A stretch of 64,000 bases of DNA from a virus. Lineage: Duplodnaviria > Caudoviricetes. Positions 44,344-55,148 of the stretch are shown here, in pieces. The stretch is taken from IMG/VR virus record IMGVR_UViG_3300046170_000302; one strand, written 5' to 3'. A program made the position numbers and the translations under genes. The notes under the pieces are model-generated. The model was not told where the DNA came from, made no database searches, and saw nothing but the letters and a program-made list of their open reading frames with translations. How positions within the stretch are numbered: position 1 is the first letter of the stretch; every line of letters starts with the position of its first letter.

Positions 44344-46230
44344 ATGATTAACGAAGAGGGACTTAGAGATTGGTTTGGCAAATCCAAATCAAAAGATGGT
44401 AAACCCGGTTGGGTTCAATCTGATGGTTCCCCTTGTGCTAATGAACCTGGAGAAAAGGGAACACCTAAGTGTTACTCTTCGGCAAAGAAAGCCAGTATGT
44501 CGAAGAAAGAACTTCGATCGGCTGACACAAGAAAGTCAAGACAAGATCCCGGACAACAACAAAAGTCTGGAGCAGCCAAACCAACCTACGTTTCTACTGA
44601 TAAACCTAAAAAGAAAATGAAAGAAGAAACTTTTAACGAAGCAGAAGACAAGAAGACTAAAGGTAGTGGTACTAAAGACGCCTGTTATACTAAGGTAAAG
44701 TCTCGTTATTCTGTATGGCCTTCAGCTTATGCCTCCGGTGCATTGGTGAAGTGTCGTAAGGTTGGTGCAGCTAACTGGGGGCAACTCTACTAAGAAAGAA
44801 GAGTTTGAAGGTTTCTATGACCTTCCTGCTTTCACTGAAACTCAGATTGCAGCTATGAAGTATGCTGGTATTGAGGTAGAAGTTATTGATGAGGCATGTT
44901 GGAAGGGATATGAGAAGAAAGGTATGAAGACTATGTTTGGTAAGAAATATCCAAACTGTGTCAAGAAAGAAGAAGTAGAAACAGTTGATGAAGCCGCTGG
45001 AGGAATTATTGGTGGTGGAATGTTGGCCCTTAAAGCTTTAAAAACTGCCAAAGTAGCAAAGGGTCTTAGTACCGCCGCTAAACTTGGTTCTGCGGCATCT
45101 GCTTTAGCACCTGCAGTTAAAGTTGCAGGAGCAACAGGAGCAGCAAGTGGAGCAGGAATGGCAGCAGCTGGTGCGGTTGGTGCAGCAGGTGGATATGGTT
45201 TAGCTAAAGCTACTGAGAAGAAGAAACAACAACAAGAAGAAGTAGAAACAGTTGATGAAGCATGTTGGGATACTCACGAACAAAGGGGTATGAAAAAGAA
45301 GGGTGGCAAGATGGTACCCAACTGTGTTCCCAAAGGTTCTATGAAGAAAGAAGAAGTCACTGGTGGTATCCTTGTTCAGGATGCAGGAGATTTCAAACCC
45401 CGTGAGATTGAATCAGTTGATATCATCAAGGCTGACCCTATCAAAGGTGGACAACTTCAAGAAGTTGTAAGAACTAAGGTCCAAACCGGTAACATGTATC
45501 AAGTTATCTTTGGTTGGAGAGGTAAGATGATGATGGTGAAGTTGTTCTTCCCTGATGTATCTGTTCCAAACAGACAGAAGGTTGCTGATGCTTTGGATAA
45601 GATGTATCCTGGTTCTCAGTTGAGATCTTATTCACACTCAGTTGTTGATTATGATGATCCATATGTCAATGTAGGTGAGGAAACTATTCTTGAGAAAAAA
45701 GAAGAAGAGAAGTATTGTCGTCTCTGTGAGAAGAGAGAAACTCGTGGAACATGTGGTTATGGACCCAAAATGTTTGACAAGTTTAGTGTAGATAATGTTA
45801 GTGATACTGTAAAATCATCCGCAGCAGCTGAGTCTGATATTACAGAGGACATCAATAAAAAAGTTGAAGATAGAATGCAGTCTGATGAAAACAGAAAAAG
45901 ATCTCTGATTAGAAGTAAGATGAGAGCTTCTCGTTCGAAACAGAAAAGTGATCTACAATCTGAAGAGAATATCGAAGAAGATATGACTGGTATGTCCCAG
46001 AAGTCTGGTGACAAAAGAAGTACTGATAGTGGAGCTGGTATGACAGCTAAGGGTGTTGCTAAGTATAACAGGAGAACAGGTGGTAACCTGAAAAACTGCT
46101 GTCACAACTCCTCCTTCTAAACTGAAAACCTGGTTCAAAAGCCGCAGGACGTAGAAAGAGTTTCTGTGCAAGATCTAAGAGTTGGAAAGGTGAAAGAGGA
46201 TTAGCTGCACGTCGTCGTTGGAACTGTTAG
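44344..46230 (+). CDS. Modular late protein (~625 aa) of conserved small cyanophage modules joined by acidic linkers; indels near 44780 and 46090-46130
   Basis: 44344-44793 (GLRDWFGKSKSKDGKPGWVQ; DACYTKVKSRYSVWPSAYASGALVKCRK) joins 44762-46120 (EACWKGY..PNCVK; EACWDTH..PNCVP) and ends ..GRRKSFCARSKSWKGERGLAARRRWNC* at 46230. Confidence 0.75.
44967..45261 (+). repeat. Perfect 28-bp in-frame direct repeat AAGAAGAAGTAGAAACAGTTGATGAAGC (EEVETVDEA)
   Basis: Copies at 44967-44994 and 45234-45261, 267 nt (89 codons) apart. Confidence 0.95.
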
Positions 46231-46236
46231 TAATTT

Positions 46237-47905
46237 ATGAGTAATGATGTTTATCTTGGTAATCCCCTTTTAAAAAAGGCGAATACACCAATTGAGTTCA
46301 CACAAGAACAGATTGAGGAGTATATTAAGTGTAGGGAAGACCCTGTATACTTTGCTCAAAACTATGTGAAGATTGTGACCTTGGATCATGGTCTTCAACC
46401 GTTTAAAACTTATGACTTCCAAGAGAAGTTAATCAATAATTTTCACAATAACAGATTTAATATCTGTAAGATGCCTCGACAGACTGGTAAATCTACCACA
46501 TGTGTGTCGTATCTACTTCACTATGCTATTTTTAATAGTAGTGTAAATATTGGTATTCTGGCTAACAAAGCCACAACTGCTAGGGAACTATTAGCGAGGT
46601 TAGCTACTGCATATGAGAACTTACCTAAGTGGATGCAACAAGGCATTCTGGTCTGGAATAAAGGAAACATCGAACTGGAAAACGGATCAAAAATACTCGC
46701 TGCATCAACTTCCGCTTCAGCTGTCCGAGGAATGTCTTTTAACATTCTTTTTCTGGACGAGTTCGCCTTTGTTCCTAATCACGTTGCTGACGCATTCTTT
46801 GCCTCTGTATATCCTACTATCACTTCAGGTAAATCAACGAAAGTAATTATTGTATCCACCCCTCACGGGATGAACCACTTTTACAGATTGTGGATGGATG
46901 CAGAGAAACAGAGAAACGAATATATTCCAACCGATGTCCACTGGTCAGAAGTTCCTGGTAGAGATGTTGTATGGAAAGAACAGACTATTGCCAACACATC
47001 AGAACAACAATTTAAGATTGAGTTTGAGTGTGAGTTCCTTGGATCTGTTGACACACTGATTGCACCGAGTAAACTGAAGTCTCTGGTATTTGAAAAGTCC
47101 ATTCAAAATAATGCTGGTTTAGATGTATATGTTAAACCCGAGGACAAACATGATTACGCGATTACTGTTGACGTTGCACGTGGGGTTGGTAATGACTACA
47201 GTGCTTTTGTTGTTGTTGACATAACTACTTTCCCTCATAAAGTTGTAGCTAAGTATAGAGATAACACTATTAAACCAATGTTGTTTCCAAGTGTCATCTA
47301 TGAGGTGGCTAGGAGTTACAACCAAGCTTTTATTCTATGTGAAGTGAATGATGTTGGTGATCAGGTTGCTTCTATTCTCCAATATGATTTGGAATATCAG
47401 AACCTACTGATGTGTTCTATGAGAGGTAGAGCAGGTCAGATTGTAGGACAAGGTTTCTCTGGACAAAAGACACAATTGGGTGTTAAGATGTCTAAGACTG
47501 TAAAGAAGGTCGGATCACTGAACCTCAAGACAATGATTGAGGAAGATAAGTTACTCTTCTGTGACTATGATATAATCTCAGAACTTACAACCTTCATCTC
47601 TAAATCGAATTCTTTTGAAGCAGAAGAAGGATGTAATGATGACTTGGCTATGTGTCTTGTCATCTATGCTTGGTTAGTTGCTCAAGGACTACTTTAAAGA
47701 ACTTACAGACCAGGACATTCGCAAAAGACTGTATGACGAACAAAAAAATCAAATCGAACAGGACATGGCTCCATTTGGTTTTATCGATGATGGGTTGGAT
47801 TCTTCTAGCTTTGTAGATAGTGAAGGTGACAGATGGTCTGTTGCTAAAAACGATGAGTATGGAACAACTGCTGGTGGTATGGATTATATGTGGAATTCTT
47901 GGTAA
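46237..47905 (+). CDS. gp17: Terminase large subunit gp17; indel near 47685
   Basis: YLGNPLLKKANT, Walker A RQTGKSTT, Walker B ILFLDEFAF, nuclease ITVDVARG and DDLAMCL. Confidence 0.96.
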
Positions 47906-48129
47906 TGAATATTGATGATCAACTATCACTAGGTCCACTATTCCTTACAGATAGGAAGTGTAGAACTTGTGGTATAACGAAAAATTTGATTGATGGATTT
48001 TATAAGAAAGGAAGAGGAATAAATCCATCCTCATATTCTTATGAATGTAAATCTTGTTCTATAAAAAGAATTATAAAAAATAGAAGAAAGAGGAATACAT
48101 CTACAGATTGGTCATATCCTGACTGGTAG
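47905..48129 (+). CDS. Small CxxC-CxxC zinc-finger protein
   Basis: RKCRTCG...FYK...YECKSC; TAATG-coupled to gp17. Confidence 0.7.
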   Translation: MNIDDQLSLGPLFLTDRKCRTCGITKNLIDGFYKKGRGINPSSYSYECKSCSIKRIIKNRRKRNTSTDWSYPDW

Positions 48130-48170
48130 ACTTGTTTACCCATTGTTTTCCCACCTAAATGTCCAATTTT

Positions 48171-48178
48171 CATAAATA
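48171..48178 (+). promoter_or_regulatory. Late promoter
   Basis: CATAAATA upstream of gp18; AAGGAG Shine-Dalgarno follows. Confidence 0.7.
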
Positions 48179-48212
48179 TTTTCAGGTATAACTGAGAACT
48201 AAGGAGAAACAA

Positions 48213-50402
48213 ATGGCTACTCCTCAATTATCTCCTGGTATTCTAATCAGGGAAGTTGATCAAACAGTAGGAAGGTCAGAGAACGTTCTCGACAACATCG
48301 GAGCAATTGCAGGACCTTTTGCTATCGGTCCTGTCGATGAAGCGATTACGATCGAGACTGAGCAACAGCTTATCAATACATATGGTAAGCCAATGTCTAC
48401 TGACAGACAGTATGAGTATTGGATGTCTGCAAGCTCTTTCCTGAGCTATGGTGGTATTTTGAAAGTAGTAAGAACCGGTGGTGGTTCTTTGAATAACGCT
48501 AACGCTGCTGTTGGAGCAGCAAGCGCTACACTTAAGATTGACAACTATGATGATTATGAAGAAAATCATCTGAACGACAACTCTTTCGTATACGCTTCTA
48601 AGAATCCTGGTTCATGGGGAACCAATCTTAAAGTATGTACGATTGATAACGCAGCTGACCAAACAATTGGAATCAACACTATTAGTCCTTTATTGGCTGG
48701 AGCCATTGTTGGACATGGTGTTACTAGTGCACTTTCTGATGTTGTTATTCCTGGAGCAGGAACAACTACAACATTTACTGGTTATCTGAAGGGCATCATT
48801 ACTGGTGTTTCTACCGATACTGTCAATGGAAACTCCACAATCGATGTTAAGATTGTATCTCAGGTTTCTTCAGCTGGTACAGAAACCAAACTGAACTATC
48901 AACAATCCAACGCGGCTCGTTCGTTTGAAGCAGCTGATGGTATTAAGTTTGTAAACAACGTTGGTGTCAACACTGGTAATGGAAAAGTAACGGCTGCTGC
49001 TTCAGCAGTTGATTGGTACGAACAACAAACACTTGATTTAAATAACTCTGTTGTTTATTGGAAATCACTGGCACCTAAACCTGTTGATAGTAACTTCTCT
49101 GCTTCTAGAAGTGGAAAAAATGACAGTATTCATGTTGTAGTTGTTGATGATCAAGGCACAATAACAGGTTCACAGGGAACTATTCTTGAGAAATTCCTAA
49201 GTCTCTCCAAAGCAAAGGATGCAACAGCTGATGGAAGCAATCCTACTAGAACTTTCTATAAGGATTTTATTGCACTGAATTCCAATTATATCTACGCTGG
49301 ATATAATACTTCACAGGCAGTTGACGGATTCCACGGCACTTCGCCTCTAGCTAACGGATTCTCAACAGGATATACGGCAAATACAATTGGTGCAGGTCTT
49401 TGGGGACAAGATGCACAAGGTATTAACTTCTCCTCTATCGGCAATAAGTCTTACACTTTAGCTGGTGGTGTTGATTATCAAGCTGGTGGTGGTATGGCCG
49501 CTACACTTGGAGGATTGAATACTTCTTACAATCTCTTCAGCAATAAGGATGAGGTTGCAGTTGATTACATTATGATGGGTCCAGGACTCTCAGTGGAAAG
49601 TGAATCACAAGCCAAAGCAAATCTAGTCATCTCTCTTGCTGAGGGAAGAAAAGATTGTATGGCTGTTGTTTCTCCACATAGAGCTAATGTTGTTAATGTT
49701 AGCAACACAACAACACAAACTGATAACCTGTTGAGATACTACTCAGCATTAAGTTCTTCTTCTTACGCAGTATTTGACTCTGGTTACAAGTACACCTACG
49801 ATAGATTTAATAACGAATTCCGTTATCTTCCATGTAACCCAGATATCGCTGGTTTGATGGTTAGAACATCTATCCAATCTTTCCCTTGGTTCTCACCAGC
49901 TGGATTGACTAGAGGTGTTCTGAATAACGCTGTCAAGTTGGCTTACAACCCATCTAAATCACAAAGAGATCTTCTTTATGGAGCTAGGGTTAACTCTATC
50001 GTAAATCAGAGAGGATCTGGTATTGTCTTGTTTGGTGATAAGACAGCTCTGGCTTACGCTTCAGCGTTTGACAGAATCAACGTTAGAAGACTGTTCCTCA
50101 CAGTCGAACAAGCTCTTGAATCCGCGGCTAACGCACAACTCTTCCAACTCAACGACTCGATTACAAGGTCTAACTTTGTGAACATCGTTGAACCTTATTT
50201 GAGAGATGTTGAGGCTAAAAGAGGTATTTACGGTTTCGTGGTTGTTTGTGATGATGAAAATAACACTCCTGACATCATTGACAACAATGAGTTTAGAGCT
50301 GATATTTACCTGAAACCCACTAAGTCAATCAACTACATTACTCTTACATTCGTGGCAACCAGAACTGGTGTCTCGTTTGAAGAAATTGTTGGTACTGTTT
50401 GA
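48213..50402 (+). CDS. gp18: Tail sheath protein gp18
   Basis: LSPGILIREVD, GPFAIGPVDE, FPWFSPAGLTRG, GDKTAL..SAFDRINVRRLFL. Confidence 0.96.
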   Translation: MATPQLSPGILIREVDQTVGRSENVLDNIGAIAGPFAIGPVDEAITIETEQQLINTYGKPMSTDRQYEYWMSASSFLSYGGILKVVRTGGGSLNNANAAVGAASATLKIDNYDDYEENHLNDNSFVYASKNPGSWGTNLKVCTIDNAADQTIGINTISPLLAGAIVGHGVTSALSDVVIPGAGTTTTFTGYLKGIITGVSTDTVNGNSTIDVKIVSQVSSAGTETKLNYQQSNAARSFEAADGIKFVNNVGVNTGNGKVTAAASAVDWYEQQTLDLNNSVVYWKSLAPKPVDSNFSASRSGKNDSIHVVVVDDQGTITGSQGTILEKFLSLSKAKDATADGSNPTRTFYKDFIALNSNYIYAGYNTSQAVDGFHGTSPLANGFSTGYTANTIGAGLWGQDAQGINFSSIGNKSYTLAGGVDYQAGGGMAATLGGLNTSYNLFSNKDEVAVDYIMMGPGLSVESESQAKANLVISLAEGRKDCMAVVSPHRANVVNVSNTTTQTDNLLRYYSALSSSSYAVFDSGYKYTYDRFNNEFRYLPCNPDIAGLMVRTSIQSFPWFSPAGLTRGVLNNAVKLAYNPSKSQRDLLYGARVNSIVNQRGSGIVLFGDKTALAYASAFDRINVRRLFLTVEQALESAANAQLFQLNDSITRSNFVNIVEPYLRDVEAKRGIYGFVVVCDDENNTPDIIDNNEFRADIYLKPTKSINYITLTFVATRTGVSFEEIVGTV

Positions 50403-50435
50403 TCGATACTAACACATTAAAGAGGAACCCTAAAA

Positions 50436-51090
50436 ATGGCACAAACAAAAACACTATCTAATTTCAAATCCAGGTTAGCAGGGCGGTGGAGCCCGTCCTA
50501 ACCTGTTTGAGGTAACTCTTCCCTCATTTCCCGGAGCCGCTGAGGATTTCTGGGGTGAGGGTGAGAACGAATCAAACACCAAGATGGCCTTCTTGTGTAA
50601 GGCAGCTCAACTTCCAGCCTCTACTGTAGCAGAAGTACCTGTTGCTTTCAGAGGTAGAGAACTGAAGGTTGCTGGAGAAAGAACCTTCGATCCTTGGACT
50701 GTTACCATCATCAATGATGAGGACTTTAGTCTGAGAACAGCATTCGAAGCTTGGATGAACAAACTTTCGAAATTGGACGACGCAACTGGTGTCACTAACC
50801 CAACTTCTTATATGACTGACGCTTATGTTCATCAACTGGGTCGTGGCGCAGAAAAATTTGCTGCAACCAATACTGGTAAGGAATCATCTGTTCTTAGAAC
50901 TTATAAGTTTTACTCTATCTTCCCGACTAATGTATCAGCTATTGAACTTAGCTATGATACAACTAATACTGTTGAAGAATTTACTGTTGAATTCCAAGTT
51001 CAGTACTTCACTATCGGTGAAACTGAGGAAGTATCAGAATCAACTGACCCAACGGCAGAATCTTCGGATAATGCAAACTTAATCCGATAA
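50436..51090 (+). CDS. gp19: Tail tube protein gp19; indel near 50482
   Basis: MAQTKTLSNFKSRLAG/GGARPNLFEV; FRGRELKVAGERTFDPWTVTIINDEDF. Confidence 0.93.
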
Positions 51091-51100
51091 GTTTTAACCT

Positions 51101-51108
51101 GATAAATA
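51101..51108 (+). promoter_or_regulatory. Late promoter
   Basis: GATAAATA upstream of gp20. Confidence 0.65.
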
Positions 51109-51140
51109 ACTAGAACGGAAGTTACTAGTTACTCTATAAA

Positions 51141-52790
51141 ATGGCGAGACTATTTGGATTCTCAATTGAAGATAACGAGAAAAACCCGCCTGGTGTAATA
51201 TCTCCGGTCCCACCGAATAAAAACGATGGGCAAGAGAGTTATATCAGTAGCGGGTTTTTTGGTTCGTATGTAGATATTGAGGGCGTTTATCGTAACGAAA
51301 ACGAACTTATCAGAAGATACAGGTCTATGGCTTTGTATCCAGAATGTGATAGTGCGATTGAAGACATTGTAAATGAAGCAATTGTTTCTGATACGAACGA
51401 TAGTCCCGTATCAATCGAGCTATCAAACTTGAATGCCAGTGATGGTATTAAAAAGAAACTAAGAGAAGAATTTAAATATATCTTAGAACTTTTGGACTTC
51501 GATAAGAAGGCTCATGAGATCTTCCGTAACTGGTATATCGATGGAAGACTCTATTACAACAAAGTAATTGACCAGAAAAATCCTCAAGATGGTATTCAAG
51601 AACTGAGATATATTGATTCTGCAAAGATGAAGTATGTTCGTCAGGTCAAGAAGACCAGAAATGATGGATTGGCTAGAGCTGAACAAGATAATCCAGCAAC
51701 ATATAACTTCCCAGAACTAGAAGAGTATTTCATCTATACTCCTGGTGGAAGTAACCAATATGGTTCTTCTCCAGCTAAGGGAATTAAACTAACTAAGGAT
51801 TCAGTTACATATTGTACCTCTGGATTGGTAGATAGAAATAAGGGATCAACCCTTTCATGGCTACACAAATCAATCAAACCACTCAATCAATTGATGATGA
51901 TTGAGGATAGTTTGGTAATCTATCGTCTTTCGAGAGCACCAGAAAGAAGAATCTTCTACATTGACGTTGGTAATCTACCAAAACAAAAGGCAGAAGCATA
52001 CCTTCGTGATGTGATGCAACGTTATAGAAATAAACTTGTCTATGATGCTAACACTGGTGAAATCAGAGATGATAAGAAATTCATGTCAATGATGGAAGAT
52101 TTTTGGCTTCCTAGACGTGAAGGTGGTAGAGGAACTGAGATTACTACACTTCCTGGTGGTCAAAACCTTGGAGAAATCTCTGATATTAACTACTTTCAGA
52201 AGAAATTGTATAGGTCACTGAATGTGCCTGAGACAAGACTTCAGGGAGATAGTGGATTTTCGATGGGTCGTTCTTCTGAAATCCTCAGAGATGAAGTCAA
52301 GTTCTCCAAGTTTGTTGGAAGAATGAGAAAGAGATTCTCTGAAATGTTCAGTGATATGTTGAAGACTCAACTTATTCTGAAGAATATCATTACTCCTGAA
52401 GATTGGGAGTATATGAATGATCATATTCAGTATGATTTCCTCTATGATAATCACTTTGCAGAACTGAAAGATGCGGAACTTCTAAGAGAAAGACTGACTC
52501 TGGCAGAACAAACACAACAATATGTTGGTAAATACTATTCTAATGATTATGTAAGAAGATCTGTTCTTCGTCAAACTGATGAAGAAATCATTGAACAAGA
52601 TAAACTTATCGAGAAAGAGATTGAATCTGGAGCACTTCCAGATCCTGCAATGGCAGCTCTAGATCCTATGGCAGGTGGTGACTCCAGCTGCTTGGTGGAG
52701 CTTTACCTCCAGCAACTAGTGGTTCAGCTCCTCTTGATCCACCAACACCAGAAGCTCCTGAAACTCCCACTGGTGGGGAGATCTAAATAA
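51141..52790 (+). CDS. gp20: Portal protein gp20; C-terminal indel(s) near 52680
   Basis: YRLSRAPERRIFYIDVGNLPKQKAEAYLRDVM..MMEDFWLPRREGGRGTEITTLPGGQNLGE. Confidence 0.97.
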   Translation: MARLFGFSIEDNEKNPPGVISPVPPNKNDGQESYISSGFFGSYVDIEGVYRNENELIRRYRSMALYPECDSAIEDIVNEAIVSDTNDSPVSIELSNLNASDGIKKKLREEFKYILELLDFDKKAHEIFRNWYIDGRLYYNKVIDQKNPQDGIQELRYIDSAKMKYVRQVKKTRNDGLARAEQDNPATYNFPELEEYFIYTPGGSNQYGSSPAKGIKLTKDSVTYCTSGLVDRNKGSTLSWLHKSIKPLNQLMMIEDSLVIYRLSRAPERRIFYIDVGNLPKQKAEAYLRDVMQRYRNKLVYDANTGEIRDDKKFMSMMEDFWLPRREGGRGTEITTLPGGQNLGEISDINYFQKKLYRSLNVPETRLQGDSGFSMGRSSEILRDEVKFSKFVGRMRKRFSEMFSDMLKTQLILKNIITPEDWEYMNDHIQYDFLYDNHFAELKDAELLRERLTLAEQTQQYVGKYYSNDYVRRSVLRQTDEEIIEQDKLIEKEIESGALPDPAMAALDPMAGGDSSCLVELYLQQLVVQLLLIHQHQKLLKLPLVGRSK

Positions 52791-52805
52791 AGAAAAATTA
52801 CACCT

Positions 52806-53024
52806 ATGGACATGGATGAACTTATGGATTTGCTGGTGAAGGATGAATCACCTTCAGCAGTAAGTGATGCAATTAAAGATCAGTTGTTCTCACGAACTGC
52901 TGAAAAGATTCAAGGGATTAGACCCAACGTTGCTGCATCAATTTTTGATGATGACGTTAATCTAGATTCCGAAGAAGCACCCGAAGTTGATGGTGACATC
53001 GACTTGGATGCGGAAATTCAATAA
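52806..53024 (+). CDS. Small acidic protein after the portal gene (positional analogue of T4 gp67)
   Basis: Acidic 72-aa ORF flanked by late-type TCTAAATA (52782) and AATAAATA (53020). Confidence 0.65.
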   Translation: MDMDELMDLLVKDESPSAVSDAIKDQLFSRTAEKIQGIRPNVAASIFDDDVNLDSEEAPEVDGDIDLDAEIQ

Positions 53025-53049
53025 ATAACATCATACACTAGGTATATCA

Positions 53050-53318
53050 ATGGCCAGAACATTACTAGTCGGTGCAGAGATTGCATGTCCGACGACTGCA
53101 GGAGCCGCCACTAGTTTTACTGGAGCTAGTGTGGTTCGTTTGATTAATACTAACGCCGCTATCCAAAAAGTAACCGTATTGGAAACACAAAGTGGAGTCG
53201 GAGTCGGTTCTATGACTATTGCTCCCAATAGTGTTGAATTTTTGGAGAAAAATCAACTCAAGTTGTATTTGCAGCTAGTGCGGACGTTTTAGGAACTCAA
53301 GTAGGTTACACAGCTTAA
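53050..53318 (+). CDS. Conserved cyanophage small protein between gp20 and gp21; indel near 53250
   Basis: MARTLLVGAEIACPTTAGAATSF..VVRLINT..EFLEK/..TQVVFAASADVLGTQVGYTA*. Confidence 0.65.
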
Positions 53319-53322
53319 AACC

Positions 53323-53973
53323 ATGAAACTAATTAGAGAAGAAATTGAACAGGTAGAAGTTATCGTTGAAGAACGCAACGGTAAGAAAAACATGTTCATC
53401 GAAGGAATCTTCCTACAGGGAGACCTCAAGAATAGAAATGGTCGTATGTATCCAATGGAAACTCTGAGAAGAGAAGTCCAAAGATACAGTGAGAACCACA
53501 TTCATGCAGGTAGAGCTCTTGGAGAACTGGGACACCCAGATGGCCCAACAGTTAATCTGGATCGCGTCAGTCACAAAATTGTTTCTCTCAAAGAGAGCGG
53601 AAACAACTTTATCGGTAAGGCCAAAATCTTATCGACTCCGATGGGTAAGATTGCAGAGTCTCTCATTAGCGAAGGAGTTAAGTTGGGCGTTTCTTCTAGA
53701 GGAATCGGATCACTCAAACAAACAAGAGAAGGTGTAAATGTTGTTGGTGATGACTTTATGTTATCAACAGCAGCTGACATCGTTTCTGATCCTTCTGCAC
53801 CTGATGCTTTCGTTGAAGGCATTATGGAAGGTAAGGATTGGGTTTGGGATGGTGGCATCTTGAGAGAATCTCAAGTAGCTAAGACCTACAAGTATATCAA
53901 TACACTGGTCGATCAAAAACAACTTGATGAGAAAAAGTTGGATGTCTTCAACAGTTTCTTAAATAGTCTCTGA
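53323..53973 (+). CDS. gp21: Prohead protease gp21
   Basis: FIEGIFLQGDLKNRNGRMY, RALGELGHP, LDRVSHKI, LGVSSRGIGS, ADIVSDPSAPDAFV. Confidence 0.96.
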   Translation: MKLIREEIEQVEVIVEERNGKKNMFIEGIFLQGDLKNRNGRMYPMETLRREVQRYSENHIHAGRALGELGHPDGPTVNLDRVSHKIVSLKESGNNFIGKAKILSTPMGKIAESLISEGVKLGVSSRGIGSLKQTREGVNVVGDDFMLSTAADIVSDPSAPDAFVEGIMEGKDWVWDGGILRESQVAKTYKYINTLVDQKQLDEKKLDVFNSFLNSL

Positions 53974-53994
53974 TAATACAGAGATACTCAATAT

Positions 53995-54002
53995 TATAAA
54001 TA
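53995..54002 (+). promoter_or_regulatory. T4-type late promoter (clustered copies)
   Basis: TATAAATA with further overlapping TAAATA copies to about 54021, upstream of gp22. Confidence 0.75.
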
Positions 54003-54044
54003 AATATAGATTAAATAAATAAGGTTAATCGGAGTAAAGTTCAA

Positions 54045-55101
54045 ATGTCTCGTGGAGATCTACAAGAAATGGAGCAATCCAAAACTGCTGTGAATGCGAA
54101 CGCCAAAGGCCGGTGATCCCATTCAGAAACTGGCCCCTGGAGCTGTAGCTGGACAACCAGCTGTAGAAGACCTCGGTGGACCTACCCCTGAAAACTATAA
54201 ATCTGATGACGATTCAGCAAAGCTCAAAGAGCCTAAGATCGCCACCGTTAAAGATGTAGTTAATAAAGGAGCCAAGGCCGCTGATCCTATGAAGGGAATG
54301 AAAGAAGAGGAAGAAGTTTCCTCTGAAGAAGTTCTGGAAGAGGAGCCCGTCGCAACAGAAGCTACTGTCGAAGAAGAGATTGACATCGAAGAAGATGTTA
54401 ACGCTCTCCTCGGTGGTGAAGATTTGTCTGAAGAGTTTAGAGAGAAGGCCAAGATGGTCTTCGAATCAGCTCTCAACTCTAAAGTTTCTGAAATCCATGA
54501 GGCACTAGAAGCCCAGTATGAAATCAAACTGGAAGAAGCTAGAGAGGGCCTGAAAGAAGCCCTTACCGATAGAGTTGATTCGTATCTTGAGTACGTCGCT
54601 GAAGAGTGGATGACCGAGAACGAATTGGCCATCGAACATGGTCTCAAGACCGAAATGACCGAGTCCTTCCTTTCTGGAATGAAGGGACTCTTTGAAGAAC
54701 ATTATGTAACAATCCCTGAAGACAAATATGATGTACTTGAGAGTATGGTAGAAAAACTTGATGATATGGAAACCAAGCTCAATGAGCAAATTGACAAGAA
54801 CATTGGTCTGAATCAGCGTTTGTCTGAATCAGTATCTGACAATATTCTTGATCAAGTTTCTGAAGGACTTGCAGTCACTCAGAAAGAAAAGCTCGCCTCA
54901 CTTGCTGAAAGTGTTGAGTTTGAAAGTGAAGAAGAATATCGTGAAAAGCTGGAGACCCTGAAGGAGTCGTACTTCTCCAAGGCCCCAACTGCAAAATCGG
55001 AAGCCCCACAGACACTTTCTGAGGGTGTAGATACGACTGATGCTCCTGTAGCATCTAGTATGGAAGCCTATCTCAGAACTCTGAACGCTTTCAAAAAGTG
55101 A
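54045..55101 (+). CDS. gp22: Prohead core scaffold protein gp22; indel near 54105
   Basis: MSRGDLQEME..; very acidic coiled coil with LSEEFREKAKMVFE, VDSYLEYVAEEWM and KLETLKESYF. Confidence 0.92.
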
Positions 55102-55148
55102 ATTTTAGATTAATTCAAACAAAACACAAAATCAAAAGGTAAAAGCAA

